Shown here in pieces: positions 1 through 12,734 of a stretch of DNA of 48,403 bases. Source of the DNA: Octopus bimaculoides (Eukaryota); contig NC_069001.1 of assembly GCF_001194135.2 (NCBI RefSeq), positions 22,893,353 to 22,941,755 on the forward strand, read 5' to 3'. The notes under the pieces are model-generated. The model worked only from the letters and a program-made list of their open reading frames with translations, had not been told where the DNA came from and searched no databases. The position numbers and the translations under genes were made by a program. Numbering within the stretch: position 1 is the first letter of the stretch; every line of letters begins with the position of its first letter.

Positions 1-269
1 GCTGCTCAAGAGTGGGCAGCAAAAAAACCTGTTTGTATATGCTCCGCAAGGGAAAACAAGGAACATTGTTTACAACGAGGTGTTATAATCACAACAGCAA
101 GAAAGTATGTACATGATCACCTTCTTTTACGAAACTTCATTGACTTTCATATATTTATATTGATATACATATATATACGTGTGTTTGGGTGCGTGTGTGT
201 ATAGTCTAGACGGCGTTTTTAGATTTCATTATTCTCTTTAACCCGGGCAACGCCGGGTATTTCTGCTAG
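1..269 (+). mobile_element. Helitron 3' end: PIF1-like helicase C-terminus, subterminal hairpin and CTAG
   Basis: Bases 3-88 read CSRVGS(frameshift in A-run)NLFVYAPQGKTRNIVYNEVL*, typical of the Helitron RepHel C-terminus. Hairpin ACCCGG..CCGGGT at 241-258, then CTAG at 266-269 followed by T and (TA)n. Confidence 0.85.
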
Positions 270-644
270 TATATATATATATATATATACGTATACAAGA
301 GTTAAAGAATGGAGTAGATAAGATCCGGGCTTCATATGTTGCATAGTGAGTGGAACCTAGGAAGTGGTAAATACCCAAGCAAGGTGCATACTACAGGCTA
401 CTGATCAGGCCAAGTGTATCTTGATTGAATGAAGGTTTGCATTGTTGCAAGGAGGTACATGTTAACGCATGGAAGAATCAATCAGAATGTGTTCAGAGCA
501 CAGTAAGAGCACTTCAATATGAAAAATCCACAACCTTCCGTCTCAATAAATCACTATTGTATCAGAAAATTGTTGTTATATTTACTATGGATTGCTTGAA
601 GTTAACTTTCTTCTTACACCTCAATCTTTGGATCTTATATATAT

Positions 645-1028
645 ATCATCATCATCATCATTGTTTAATGTCCGCTTTCCATGGATGGTTTGACTGGGGA
701 CTGGCAAGCCAGAAGGCTGCACCAGGCTCCAATCTGATCTGGCAGAGTTTCTGTAGCTGGATGCCCTTCCTAATGCCAACCACTCCAAGAGTGTAGTGGG
801 TGCTTTTACGTGCTTCTGGCACGAGGGCCAGTCAGGCGGTACTGGCAACGGCCATGCTTGAATGGTGTTTTTTTTATGCACCACCTGCACAGGAGCTAGT
901 CCAGTGGCACTGGCAATGCCCTTGCTTGAACGTTGTTTTTCATGTACCACTGGCACAAGTGCCAGTAAGGCGACGCTGGTAATGATCATCCTCAAATGGT
1001 GCTCTTTACGTGCCACTGGCACAGGGGC
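645..1028 (-). mobile_element. RTE-type LINE 3' UTR copy with (GAT)n tail and internal ~60-bp subrepeats
   Basis: (ATC)n tail plus the ggatgcccttcctaatgccaacc motif shared with the copies at 32666, 36162 and 48212. Truncated by the N gap. Confidence 0.75.
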
Positions 1029-1634
1029 NNNNNNNNNNNNNNNNNNNNNNNNNNNNNNNNNNNNNNNNNNNNNNNNNNNNNNNNNNNNNNNNNNNNNNNN
1101 NNNNNNNNNNNNNNNNNNNNNNNNNNNNNNNNNNNNNNNNNNNNNNNNNNNNNNNNNNNNNNNNNNNNNNNNNNNNNNNNNNNNNNNNNNNNNNNNNNNN
1201 NNNNNNNNNNNNNNNNNNNNNNNNNNNNNNNNNNNNNNNNNNNNNNNNNNNNNNNNNNNNNNNNNNNNNNNNNNNNNNNNNNNNNNNNNNNNNNNNNNNN
1301 NNNNNNNNNNNNNNNNNNNNNNNNNNNNNNNNNNNNNNNNNNNNNNNNNNNNNNNNNNNNNNNNNNNNNNNNNNNNNNNNNNNNNNNNNNNNNNNNNNNN
1401 NNNNNNNNNNNNNNNNNNNNNNNNNNNNNNNNNNNNNNNNNNNNNNNNNNNNNNNNNNNNNNNNNNNNNNNNNNNNNNNNNNNNNNNNNNNNNNNNNNNN
1501 NNNNNNNNNNNNNNNNNNNNNNNNNNNNNNNNNNNNNNNNNNNNNNNNNNNNNNNNNNNNNNNNNNNNNNNNNNNNNNNNNNNNNNNNNNNNNNNNNNNN
1601 NNNNNNNNNNNNNNNNNNNNNNNNNNNNNNNNNN

Positions 1635-2392
1635 ATGCTGCGTCAGTCAAAGAATTGGAAAGCAAACTCAATTGAAGCCATTCAGCTATTCAGTGCCATC
1701 TTCAACTGCTTGAAAAAGTGCCCAAACTTGGAAAATGGGTTCCCCATGATTTGACAGATGCCAACCAAAAGTCAGGAGTGGACATCTGCTCATCTCTTCA
1801 CTCTCGTGAATGTACCTCAGCATTTTGGGACAGATTAATGTCTGGTGATGAAAAAGGAATTTTTTAATGAAAATGTTAAGCAATGCAGGCAAAGGAGAAC
1901 AGGCTAAACCAAAACTCAAAAGGGACCTCCATGCAAAAAATGTTCTTCTTTCTGTTTGGTGGGATTGCATTGGAGTGATCCACTAATGCAACAATTACTG
2001 CTCACACCTTTTGCCAATAATTAGTGTTTGAAGGCAGTTGTGAATAAAAAAAAAGGCCTGTTTTGGTAAAGTGTAAGGGAGTGGTGTTTCATCATGACAA
2101 TGTATGGCCCCACACTGCAAAGGAAATATCAGAAAACATTGAAGAACGTGGCTGGGAAAAAATCCTTCTCACACCTTATTACCCAGACCTCACTCCTTCT
2201 GATTATCCTTTGTTTCAAAGCTTACAGAATCATTCAGATGGATTAGCACTCAAAAGCCCCAAAGAAGGCGAAACTTACCTCTCTTCCTTCTTTTTATCAA
2301 AACCAAAAGAATTTTTTACCAATGGAATGAAAAATCTGATGAGTAGATGGAAGGAAGTCCCCAATATGGATGGGAATTATATACAGAATTAA
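1635..2392 (+). mobile_element. Mariner (DD34D) transposase pseudogene, 5' part lost in gap
   Basis: Motifs KLGKWVPHDL, SGDEK and HDN-x-YYPDLTPSDY with 34 residues between the second and third Asp. Frameshifted. No 3' TIR recognised. Confidence 0.85.
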
Positions 2393-2959
2393 ATTTTTAT
2401 ATATATTAATATATGTATTCATTTATTATGTGTGTGTGTGTGTAATATATATATAAATATAAACATATCAAACAGGCTTCCACATAGTACTTTGCAGAAC
2501 ACTGTTACCTAAAATGATATCACACACAAGGATTGAACTCACAATCATTTAGTAGTGAAGTAAACTTGTTACCCACCACCATTACCATAAAGAATCACAA
2601 ATTCAAATACTGGATTAAATCATTGAGTGAATGATTGGAGCTTACTTTAAAGAGTATCGTAAGACAAGAGTCAAAGGAAACATTGCTGGAATTTGAACTC
2701 AGACCATAAAGCGATGTAACTTCAGGGGACTGAATCCAACACGCTACCATTTCTGCCAACCCACTGCATTCATTTGTATATTCTGTTACTAGTCCTAGAC
2801 ATAACAGCCAAGATCCCTGGCAAATCACATGTTGGCATCTTCAAAAGACGAACATTTTATATGATGGAGTTCTGCATCTAGAAAAGATATATGGGATTGT
2901 CACAGCTGGAACAATTGTGATTATAGGTTTTACTCAATCAGTTTTGGCTCGGGGTTAAA

Positions 2960-3345
2960 GTACTATCCCCATTATCATCAGTGTCATCATCAGCATCATC
3001 ATAATTCTCCTCCTCCTCCTCCTCCTCTTCTTCATCATCATTAACCCAACATTGCCACCAGCAACAACAACATAAACAACAATCACCCTCTCCCTCCACC
3101 ACCACAGCCACATTCATCATCATTACTATCATCGTTATCTTTTTTTATTGCCTGTGGGGAAGGTGACTGTACTACCAACATCAACACCATCTCCATCACT
3201 TCCACAAGCCTCTTCAACATTATCATCACCATTGCAGCTACTACCATCACCCCACCACCAACACCTCCACACTACCAGTCCACCATAACTAGCACTACCA
3301 TCAGTCATCACCACCTGCCCCACAACCACCACCACCAACACTACC
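2960..3345. repeat. Compound low-complexity trinucleotide tract (CAT/TCC/CAC)
   Basis: Runs of catcat, tcctcc and accacc seen directly. Confidence 0.85.
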
Positions 3346-3926
3346 TCGGAAACACTATTATATTGACAATCGAAAATGCAATTACGCTGTTTAAATGCGG
3401 AAAAGATTTATTTGACAATAAGTTTGGAAAGTAGCTTATTTCTAAATGACCATAGGGATTGCACGACTTACTTAACACATTTCTCTAGAAGTTGTTGATT
3501 TAAATAGCTTTCCAACTGACTAAATAGTGCATTAGGGCATTGTAAAAATAAATAACAAATGTAGAAACATGAGCAGCAAATACAACAGGAAGAGGTGAAG
3601 GAAACAAGGAAGTCAACAGACTCGAGAAGTTGGGAGAAAAAGGTACACCAAACTGACTTCCTTTGTTTTTCTGTAACAACTAATACATACACACATGTAC
3701 GTGGCTCGGTGGTTAAGGTATCAGACATCCAATCATGAGTTTGTGAGTTCAGTTCTGTGTGGTGTGTTCTTGAACAAGACTAAGTTACAGGGATCGAAAC
3801 ACTCCAACACCAGTTGTCAAGTAGTAGTGGGGATAATGACATATACATGCACACACTCACACTCAGACACACACATACACACACACACACACAAACATAC
3901 ATACATATTACACACACACACACATA

Positions 3927-4309
3927 TACTCTTTTACTCTTTTACTTGTTTCAGTCATTTGACTGCAGCCATGCTGGAGCACTGCCTTTAGTCGAGAAAA
4001 TCGACCCCAGGACTTATTCTTTGTAAGCCTGGTACTTATTCTATCGGTCTATTTTTGCCGAACCGCTAACTTACGGGGACTTAAACACACCAGCATCGGT
4101 TGTCAAGCGATGTTGGGGGGAAAAACACAAACACACATATATATACGACGGGCTTCTTTCATTTTCCGTCTACCAAATCCACTCACAAGGCTTTGGTCGG
4201 CCCGAGGCTATAGTAGAAGACACTTGCCCAAGTTGTCACGCAGTGGGACTGAACGCGGAACCATGTGATTGGTAAGCAAGCTACTTACCACACAACCACT
4301 CCTGCGCCT
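3927..4309 (-). mobile_element. tRNA-derived SINE, family A (CORE-like central domain, internal CA/TA microsatellite)
   Basis: Reverse strand starts GGCGCAGGAGTGGTTGTGTGGT (A box), then GGTTCCGCGTTCAGTCCC (B box) and CTTGGGCAAGTG (CORE-like). Tail is (AAGAGTA)n. Several homologues occur in the window. Confidence 0.8.
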
Positions 4310-4345
4310 ATATTCTTTTATTCTTTTACTTGTTTCAGTCATATT

Positions 4346-4549
4346 GATTTCAAATTTTGGCACAAGGCCAGCAACTTCGTGGGATGGGTAAGTTGATTAC
4401 AACACCACCAGTACACAGTTCGTACTTATTTTATTAACCGGAAAGGCAAATTCAGCCTCGACCGAATTCGAATTCAAAACATAAAGATGGGCAAAATGCC
4501 TCAAAGCATTTTGTCCACTATGGTCACAGTTCTGCCAGCTCACCACTTT
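4346..4549 (-). mobile_element. tRNA-derived SINE, family D
   Basis: Reverse strand has GGTGAGCTGGCAGAA head, a B-box-like GAATTCGAATTC and a CCTTGTGCCAAAATTTGAAATC 3' end. Homologous to more than 10 copies in the window. Confidence 0.7.
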
Positions 4550-4774
4550 AGTGGTACATATTGATCATAACACTTATCCACAAGCACAAGTACAAACACA
4601 CACACACCACACCACACCACACTCCACACCACCCCACCCCACATACACTAACAGACAATGAGCTTCTACATGGTTTTTCAGATATTAAATTCTAATCTCA
4701 GTGAAAACAAGAGGAACATGTGGTCATAAGACAAGTTCTTAACCACACTGATAAGCCTGTGTCTTTAACAGAAT

Positions 4775-5020
4775 TAAATATGGATGATGGCGTTGATGAT
4801 GATGATGATCTTGATGATGAAGGGGAGGAGGAGGAGGGGGAAGGTAGTGTAATGGTAGTGGTGTGAGATGATGTTGATGTTGATGATGATGGAGATGGTG
4901 ATGATGGTTAAGATGGTAATGTTGGTGATGAGGAGGATGATGAAGGGGAGGAGGAGGGTGGTGGTAGTATGAGATGATGATGTTGATGATGATGGGGATG
5001 ATGGTGATGATGATGAGCAT
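4775..5020. repeat. Compound (GAT/GGT/GGA)n low-complexity tract
   Basis: Seen directly. Explains the His/Pro/Ile-rich spurious ORFs. Confidence 0.85.
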
Positions 5021-7287
5021 TCACAGTAAAAATATAACAGGAGTACCACTACCACAATAATTATCAGCAGAGATGTAGCAGAAGACTTTTCATTTGGTAG
5101 GTGAAGTAACAAGACTACATACACACTGGTGGGATATTATGCGATCAGTTATAATTGCTAATATATTATCATAAAACAGCTGGATACTAGCAAAAGCAAC
5201 AGAAACATTTCTTGGGAAAAAATAGCAATTGTAAGAAATATTATTTATTAACATAATTTTTATTGTTGTGACACTTTCTTGTATCGTAAGACAGTTTTAT
5301 AATAGCAACAAACTCTACTCAAAGACTTCATTATATCTTGTGCAGCCAGTTTATTCATTATAGCAGGGTTTTCTCTCTGTAAATATACATTCATTTTACC
5401 ATATCTGAGTTTGCTGGGAGCAATTGGCTCTGTAGTTTAAAGCAAGGTCAGCCCATACTAAGGGCAGATTGGCTATGTCTACCTAGTTTTTATGTTTTTC
5501 AAGGTGGTAAGATTGTGATTGAGGTAGATTCAGTTGTTATTTGAAGAATTTTGAGCAGTCATGTAGAGGTTCCTCATTGGATCATTACAGCAATTGCTAT
5601 TATTGATGTTGTTAGTGTTTAGTGTCTGGTCAACCAAAACCATGTTAACCCATGACCCAAGGTAATCTAACCATGAAATCTTGTCCTTCTGCTTTTCAAG
5701 ACGGTAGGGGTAAGTGGCTGCCATTCTTAACAGGTCAAGCAACTACACACAGTTTCCTTCATTGACTTGTTAGATCAACTATTTTATAGTTGATCTCATC
5801 ATTTTCTGCAGCTAAACAGCCACCCCTGAATTAAGAATGGAACAGGTTGTCTGCTTAACAACATGGACTGGTGAACATATTTAACCCTTTGCCTGTCCTC
5901 TGCATTACATGTGATACACAGGTCGTATTACTCTGGTGGCCAAGCATCCATCAGATATGATACACATTCCCAATTTGTTTTCAATCATGAAAGTAACATG
6001 GGACTTATGAAAGGAAAGCTTTATATTACTCAGAAAGTATGAAACAAGGGTTAAGTAAAAGTCTGAAACCAAATATGAACATTTAGGACAAACTTCAAAA
6101 ATTTTAGATGGTTAAAGGGTGCGTAACAGATAACTACAACTAAATATGGTGGCATAAATGCAAACTTATGTTCAAATTTATTGCTACAGTTGTACATGGC
6201 TTCATGAAAAACAGGCAGCATTAAATTACAAGAACATCACATTTACTGGAGGTGGAAACTCAATGATTAAACTGGTTGGCATATTGCTACAAATACGTAT
6301 GGCATTGGTTTTTCATCATCTCTGAGCTGGTTTATGGCTTCACTGGTAGCTATCAGGAGGAAAAGCACTGGTTGGAGTATGTAGTTATTAAAACAGCTTG
6401 AGAGCAGAGTTGTCATGATGGCAGTATGGTAGGTGAAATTCTCTCTGGGACAATGCATCAGATTCAGTTTCTTATAAACCCATTGGTAAAGGAATTTTCT
6501 AGAATTATCATGTATACACTTAGCCATCATTGGTTAAAATTGGAAGATGCATGAACCACGTGCAGCTGACCATGTCAATGAAGAATGAAATCAACTGCCA
6601 TATCTTAAATATTTTGCGAATGAAACCAATACAAGTGTTACAGAAATATGATATAAAGGCTTTTGTTATTTAGCTTTAGGTCAACCCAGACCAGAAGTTT
6701 TCCAACAAGAGACATTTCATCACATGTTCAGAGGGTAATATGTGAATTGAAGAAGGTTCAATGGTTGTTTCAGCAGCACAAGAAGGAAACATGAAAGGGA
6801 CTGCACCAAGAAGACCCTGACACTGAACATTCCAGGGAGAATCCAATGTAAAAGTTCCAGTAGGGCAAGAGTAAAGAGAACTGTGACAACAGTTGATGAA
6901 AGATTGCTGCCCTGAGTTTCACACAGGACGAGAAGACTTGTGTCTAACTATACATACTATAATACATTGAAATGGAACTTATTGAATATCATCAGAAGGC
7001 AAACTTAAAATTTCGTCATGAAATAAATATAGGAAAATTTCAACAAGTTAGTAATATTACATTGGTAGTGATAAATCCAGTGCCGAATTTTATGAATTTT
7101 ACCTTCTTACTGTGAGCATGTGTGTGTGTGTCTGTGTGTGTATATATCATTTAACTATGGTAGTAGTTGAATAATATTCAGATGCAATAAGTTGTCTTGA
7201 ACTTTTCCAAGTGTAATAACTTGTCCTGTAATTTTCTAGGTTTATAATGTTAAGAATATTATTTCCCTTGCTTGCATTTTCCATGTA

Positions 7288-7290
<3 letters not shown>

Positions 7291-7360
<70 letters not shown>
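7291..7360. repeat. (CA)n(TA)n microsatellite running into gap
   Basis: Seen directly. Confidence 0.9.
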
Positions 7361-8062
7361 NNNNNNNNNNNNNNNNNNNNNNNNNNNNNNNNNNNNNNNN
7401 NNNNNNNNNNNNNNNNNNNNNNNNNNNNNNNNNNNNNNNNNNNNNNNNNNNNNNNNNNNNNNNNNNNNNNNNNNNNNNNNNNNNNNNNNNNNNNNNNNNN
7501 NNNNNNNNNNNNNNNNNNNNNNNNNNNNNNNNNNNNNNNNNNNNNNNNNNNNNNNNNNNNNNNNNNNNNNNNNNNNNNNNNNNNNNNNNNNNNNNNNNNN
7601 NNNNNNNNNNNNNNNNNNNNNNNNNNNNNNNNNNNNNNNNNNNNNNNNNNNNNNNNNNNNNNNNNNNNNNNNNNNNNNNNNNNNNNNNNNNNNNNNNNNN
7701 NNNNNNNNNNNNNNNNNNNNNNNNNNNNNNNNNNNNNNNNNNNNNNNNNNNNNNNNNNNNNNNNNNNNNNNNNNNNNNNNNNNNNNNNNNNNNNNNNNNN
7801 NNNNNNNNNNNNNNNNNNNNNNNNNNNNNNNNNNNNNNNNNNNNNNNNNNNNNNNNNNNNNNNNNNNNNNNNNNNNNNNNNNNNNNNNNNNNNNNNNNNN
7901 NNNNNNNNNNNNNNNNNNNNNNNNNNNNNNNNNNNNNNNNNNNNNNNNNNNNNNNNNNNNNNNNNNNNNNNNNNNNNNNNNNNNNNNNNNNNNNNNNNNN
8001 NNNNNNNNNNNNNNNNNNNNNNNNNNNNNNNNNNNNNNNNNNNNNATACATACATACATACA

Positions 8063-9365
8063 TACAAGGTGGGGGTGAATATATTGTTGTCTAAATTACA
8101 CTAAAAATGAAAATAACACTGACTTCTCATTTTAACAGATATATTTACCAAAATTATATAAAAATATCTTGAAATACTAAAGAGTAAATTTATTCAATAA
8201 AATCACCATTTGCTTCAATCACATCTTACAAGCGACTTCAGAATTTGCAACTCTTCTGGATGGTCCCCTTTTTTAAGTTGGTGAATGCTGCCATAATCCT
8301 TGCCTTCAGTTCCTCTTTGGTGATTCAAGGAGTTCTGTTGGTCCCTTGCTCAACTACACCCCACACATAAAAATGCAATCTGGGGAGTTAGGTGGCCAGA
8401 TGTTAGGGGTGATGTTGTTGCAGAAATTGTCTGACAGCCATGAATGGGTTCTCCTGCTTATGTGGCATGGTGCAGAGTCCTGCTGCCAGACATAGAGTCT
8501 TCCAGCAGCTAACCTCTTGACCCAGGGCAGCACTACTTCCTCCAGGCACTTGACGTAGGCCTCCACATGGAGTCTGAGGCTGTCTGGGAAGATGAATGGA
8601 GGCATAACGTTGCCATCACCAGTGATTACTCCTCTCAGCATGATGTTGACTGGATGTTTGATTTTTATCACTTGGTACATAATTTGGGGACACAGCAAGT
8701 CAATGGTTGTTCTGTGTGTTCATCATCTGATCCTGGCAGAAATTTTTCTCATCTGAGAAAAACCAAAGCATGTTTGTTTGGAGGGGATGCTTGAGTTTGT
8801 TCAAAAGCTCTGTAGCATTACCTTTCCTCTTGTCCTTGATGGCTTGGAATAAAAACTGGCCCTTTCTCATCTTGTATGGGGAATACCAAATGACTTCATG
8901 CACTACTTGCTTGATAAGAAACTCAGACACTCCCATGTTCCTGGTTATGGATCTGATTGATTTGGAAGGAGTGTTTTCAATCGTGGCTGGATCTCACCAA
9001 CAAATTCAGTAGTTCTTTTCCTATCAGAATGATCAGAGTGAAGTTTCTGAGCTGCTGTACCTTCGTAATCACCATTAGGTTCATCCAACTCTTACCGAAT
9101 CCTTTGCACTGTCCTCAGATTGACACCCAAACACTCTGAAATGTTCATATTGGAGCTTCTCGCTTGAATGCCAGCATATCATTTTCAAATTTCTGGGGCC
9201 AAGGAGATGAGAACAGTGGGTAATAGCGATAGTGCTGAAGAAGGTAAACTAAATAAATCGATTTTTTAGAAATTAATTTCTTTTAAATTATCAAGTTAAA
9301 CCCAAAACTATAGTACACTATTAATTCACAGTAATTTTGAAAAAAATTTTGTTCGTCTCACCTGT
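8063..9365 (-). mobile_element. Tc1/mariner superfamily element, maT/DD37D-like, transposase pseudogene
   Basis: Minus-strand motifs FFSDEKNF, WQQDSAPCH and WPPNSPDC/YVWGVVE. Restoring the deleted NPLD gives D-x37-D. Only weak degenerate TIRs near 8063 and 9365. Confidence 0.75.
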
Positions 9366-10237
9366 TGACAACTTGTATTTGTATCAAGGTAAATTATAGA
9401 TGTTTTTCATTAAATCATCTGTNNNNNNNNNNNNNNNNNNNNNNNNNNNNNNNNNNNNNNNNNNNNNNNNNNNNNNNNNNNNNNNNNNNNNNNNNNNNNN
9501 NNNNNNNNNNNNNNNNNNNNNNNNNNNNNNNNNNNNNNNNNNNNNNNNNNNNNNNNNNNNNNNNNNNNNNNNNNNNNNNNNNNNNNNNNNNNNNNNNNNN
9601 NNNNNNNNNNNNNNNNNNNNNNNNNNNNNNNNNNNNNNNNNNNNNNNNNNNNNNNNNNNNNNNNNNNNNNNNNNNNNNNNNNNNNNNNNNNNNNNNNNNN
9701 NNNNNNNNNNNNNNNNNNNNNNNNNNNNNNNNNNNNNNNNNNNNNNNNNNNNNNNNNNNNNNNNNNNNNNNNNNNNNNNNNNNNNNNNNNNNNNNNNNNN
9801 NNNNNNNNNNNNNNNNNNNNNNNNNNNNNNNNNNNNNNNNNNNNNNNNNNNNNNNNNNNNNNNNNNNNNNNNNNNNNNNNNNNNNNNNNNNNNNNNNNNN
9901 NNNNNNNNNNNNNNNNNNNNNNNNNNNNNNNNNNNNNNNNNNNNNNNNNNNNNNNNNNNNNNNNNNNNNNNNNNNNNNNNNNNNNNNNNNNNNNNNNNNN
10001 NNNNNNNNNNNNNNNNNNNNNNNNNNNNNNNNNNNNNNNNNNNNNNNNNNNNNNNNNNNNNNNNNNNNNNNNNNNNNNNNNNNNNNNNNNNNNNNNNNNN
10101 NNNNNNNNNNNNNNNNNNNNNNNNNNNNNNNNNNNNNNNNNNNNNNNNNNNNNNNNNNNNNNNNNNNNNNNNNNNNNNNNNNNNNNNNNNNNNNNNNNNN
10201 NNNNNNNNNNNNNNNNNNNNNNNNNNNNNNNNNNNNN

Positions 10238-10272
<35 letters not shown>

Positions 10273-11484
10273 CTAGACTACTTGTGATTCATTGGGTCAC
10301 CAATAGTTCAAGGTACTCGAAAAAAAAACACGTGTATCGGTAACCCATAGTCGAGTAATGTGAAACTTGTCTTATTCTGTTTGTATTCACATGACCATCC
10401 GATTCATGATGTCTCCTGCTTTTGTCTCATTCCCTCTGTTTCGCCACATGTTCAGCCCTTGCTTTATCAGTCTCACTGATCCTTCTATTCAGATGTCTGT
10501 CCCATTCTTGGGTAAATATTTTGTAAAGGACCCATTCAAACTTCAATGTGAAATAGTTTATTCCAACAGATTTTTTGGGGTGAATTCAACGTATCTCACC
10601 GTCAAACCCACCACAAACCACTTTTTTCTGGAAACTCTGAGTTTCCCACCAATGGAGTTTTGTTTTGTGGTTTATTTTTTCCTTTTCCAGACATACTTTC
10701 AACAAATGTTACATCAAAATCGCAATAGACAGCTCCTTTCCCCAGAACAGGAAAAATTTGACTGCTATTGCTTGCATGTTCAGCTACCTCGCAACAGTTA
10801 TTTCAGATCCTTTCTTGCAAGCAGCTGTTACGTGGTAGCAGGGCGTGCTAGAAATAGCAGCCATATCTTCGGAAGTGAGATACATTGAATGAACTTGAAA
10901 AACCTATGGATAAAAAGTATTTCACACCGAGGTTAGAATTGGTCTTTTACGAAATATTTACTGTATCTTTAAAGACATTTTCACTTTAAAATGTTTTTTA
11001 AGTATGTCAACAAAAATTTTGTAATGGTATTCACTTGAAAATAATTAGAAAAAAATTAAAATATTGTCTGTTTAAAGAAAGCTAAAATACTTACTGTACA
11101 AGCAAGTTACATTTTTGAAATCACGTTCACTTAAAAATATTTCTAAATAATTAAAATATTGTGTTTAACAAAAATAGAAACATTTACTGTAAAATCAACT
11201 TGTATCTTTTCCTTGGTAAGCCAGTCATAATCGAAGGGTTGGGGTTTTTTCCCCTTCAGAGTTACATTATTTTCTATGTATTTCCCCATTATGCACCGTT
11301 TCAGGTATCTATACTCCAAAACTCCTAATATCCCAAGAACCAGTCGTCTGATTTACATGAAACTTGTTTTATTCTGTTTGTATTCACATTTCAGGGAACC
11401 TTTAATTCATGGTATTTTCCCATTATGTGCCAGTTTGGCTGTGTAACAATGCAAGCAAGAAAGCAAGTTTGAAGTTCATTTTTA

Positions 11485-11528
<44 letters not shown>

Positions 11529-12734
11529 NNNNNNNNNNNNNNNNNNNNNNNNNNNNNNNNNNNNNNNNNNNNNNNNNNNNNNNNNNNNNNNNNNNNNNNN
11601 NNNNNNNNNNNNNNNNNNNNNNNNNNNNNNNNNNNNNNNNNNNNNNNNNNNNNNNNNNNNNNNNNNNNNNNNNNNNNNNNNNNNNNNNNNNNNNNNNNNN
11701 NNNNNNNNNNNNNNNNNNNNNNNNNNNNNNNNNNNNNNNNNNNNNNNNNNNNNNNNNNNNNNNNNNNNNNNNNNNNNNNNNNNNNNNNNNNNNNNNNNNN
11801 NNNNNNNNNNNNNNNNNNNNNNNNNNNNNNNNNNNNNNNNNNNNNNNNNNNNNNNNNNNNNNNNNNNNNNNNNNNNNNNNNNNNNNNNNNNNNNNNNNNN
11901 NNNNNNNNNNNNNNNNNNNNNNNNNNNNNNNNNNNNNNNNNNNNNNNNNNNNNNNNNNNNNNNNNNNNNNNNNNNNNNNNNNNNNNNNNNNNNNNNNNNN
12001 NNNNNNNNNNNNNNNNNNNNNNNNNNNNNNNNNNNNNNNNNNNNNNNNNNNNNNNNNNNNNNNNNNNNNNNNNNNNNNNNNNNNNNNNNNNNNNNNNNNN
12101 NNNNNNNNNNNNNNNNNNNNNNNNNNNNNNNNNNNNNNNNNNNNNNNNNNNNNNNNNNNNNNNNNNNNNNNNNNNNNNNNNNNNNNNNNNNAAAACGGGG
12201 TGGGGTAAGGTAGAAGCCACCGAAATTTCACCCCCACCCCCACTGATCTTTTCACCCGCCCAATTTTCACTAAGGAAAAAAATAAAAGTCAGATTTTTTT
12301 TTTTTTGTTGATATAAAGTGCTCTGACCTCCTAATATGCTGCAAATCCCTTATTTTTGTTCGAAAAAAAAGGGGTGGGGCGAGGGCTCCCCCATCTTAGA
12401 ATCATTGGGATTTTTTTTTCCATTGAATGAATTCCTGTGACCTCCTAATATGCTAAAAAACTCTTTATGGTATCTGTAAAATGGGGTGGGGTGAGGTGGA
12501 AGGCTCAGAAATTTTACCCACTCCCAACATTTTACAGAAATAAATTTTCCAGAGTATGAATTACATGTTTGGTAATTAAACATATATATAAATATAGTAG
12601 AGAATGTGACATTTATATTGTGTGTGTGTGTGTGTATATATATATATAATAGCATGCAAACCTTTGGTGCAACCTTCTCCAATGCAGATCTCTGAGGCAA
12701 CCTTCTCCAATGCATATCTTTAATGCAGCCTTGA

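Noticed and set aside
5530-5742. 70-aa minus-strand ORF (LEKQKDKISWLDYL) that could be a host exon or an old Penelope RT piece
   Set aside because: The resemblance to the MEKE..FLD motif is short, splice signals are weak and there is no supporting neighbouring exon.
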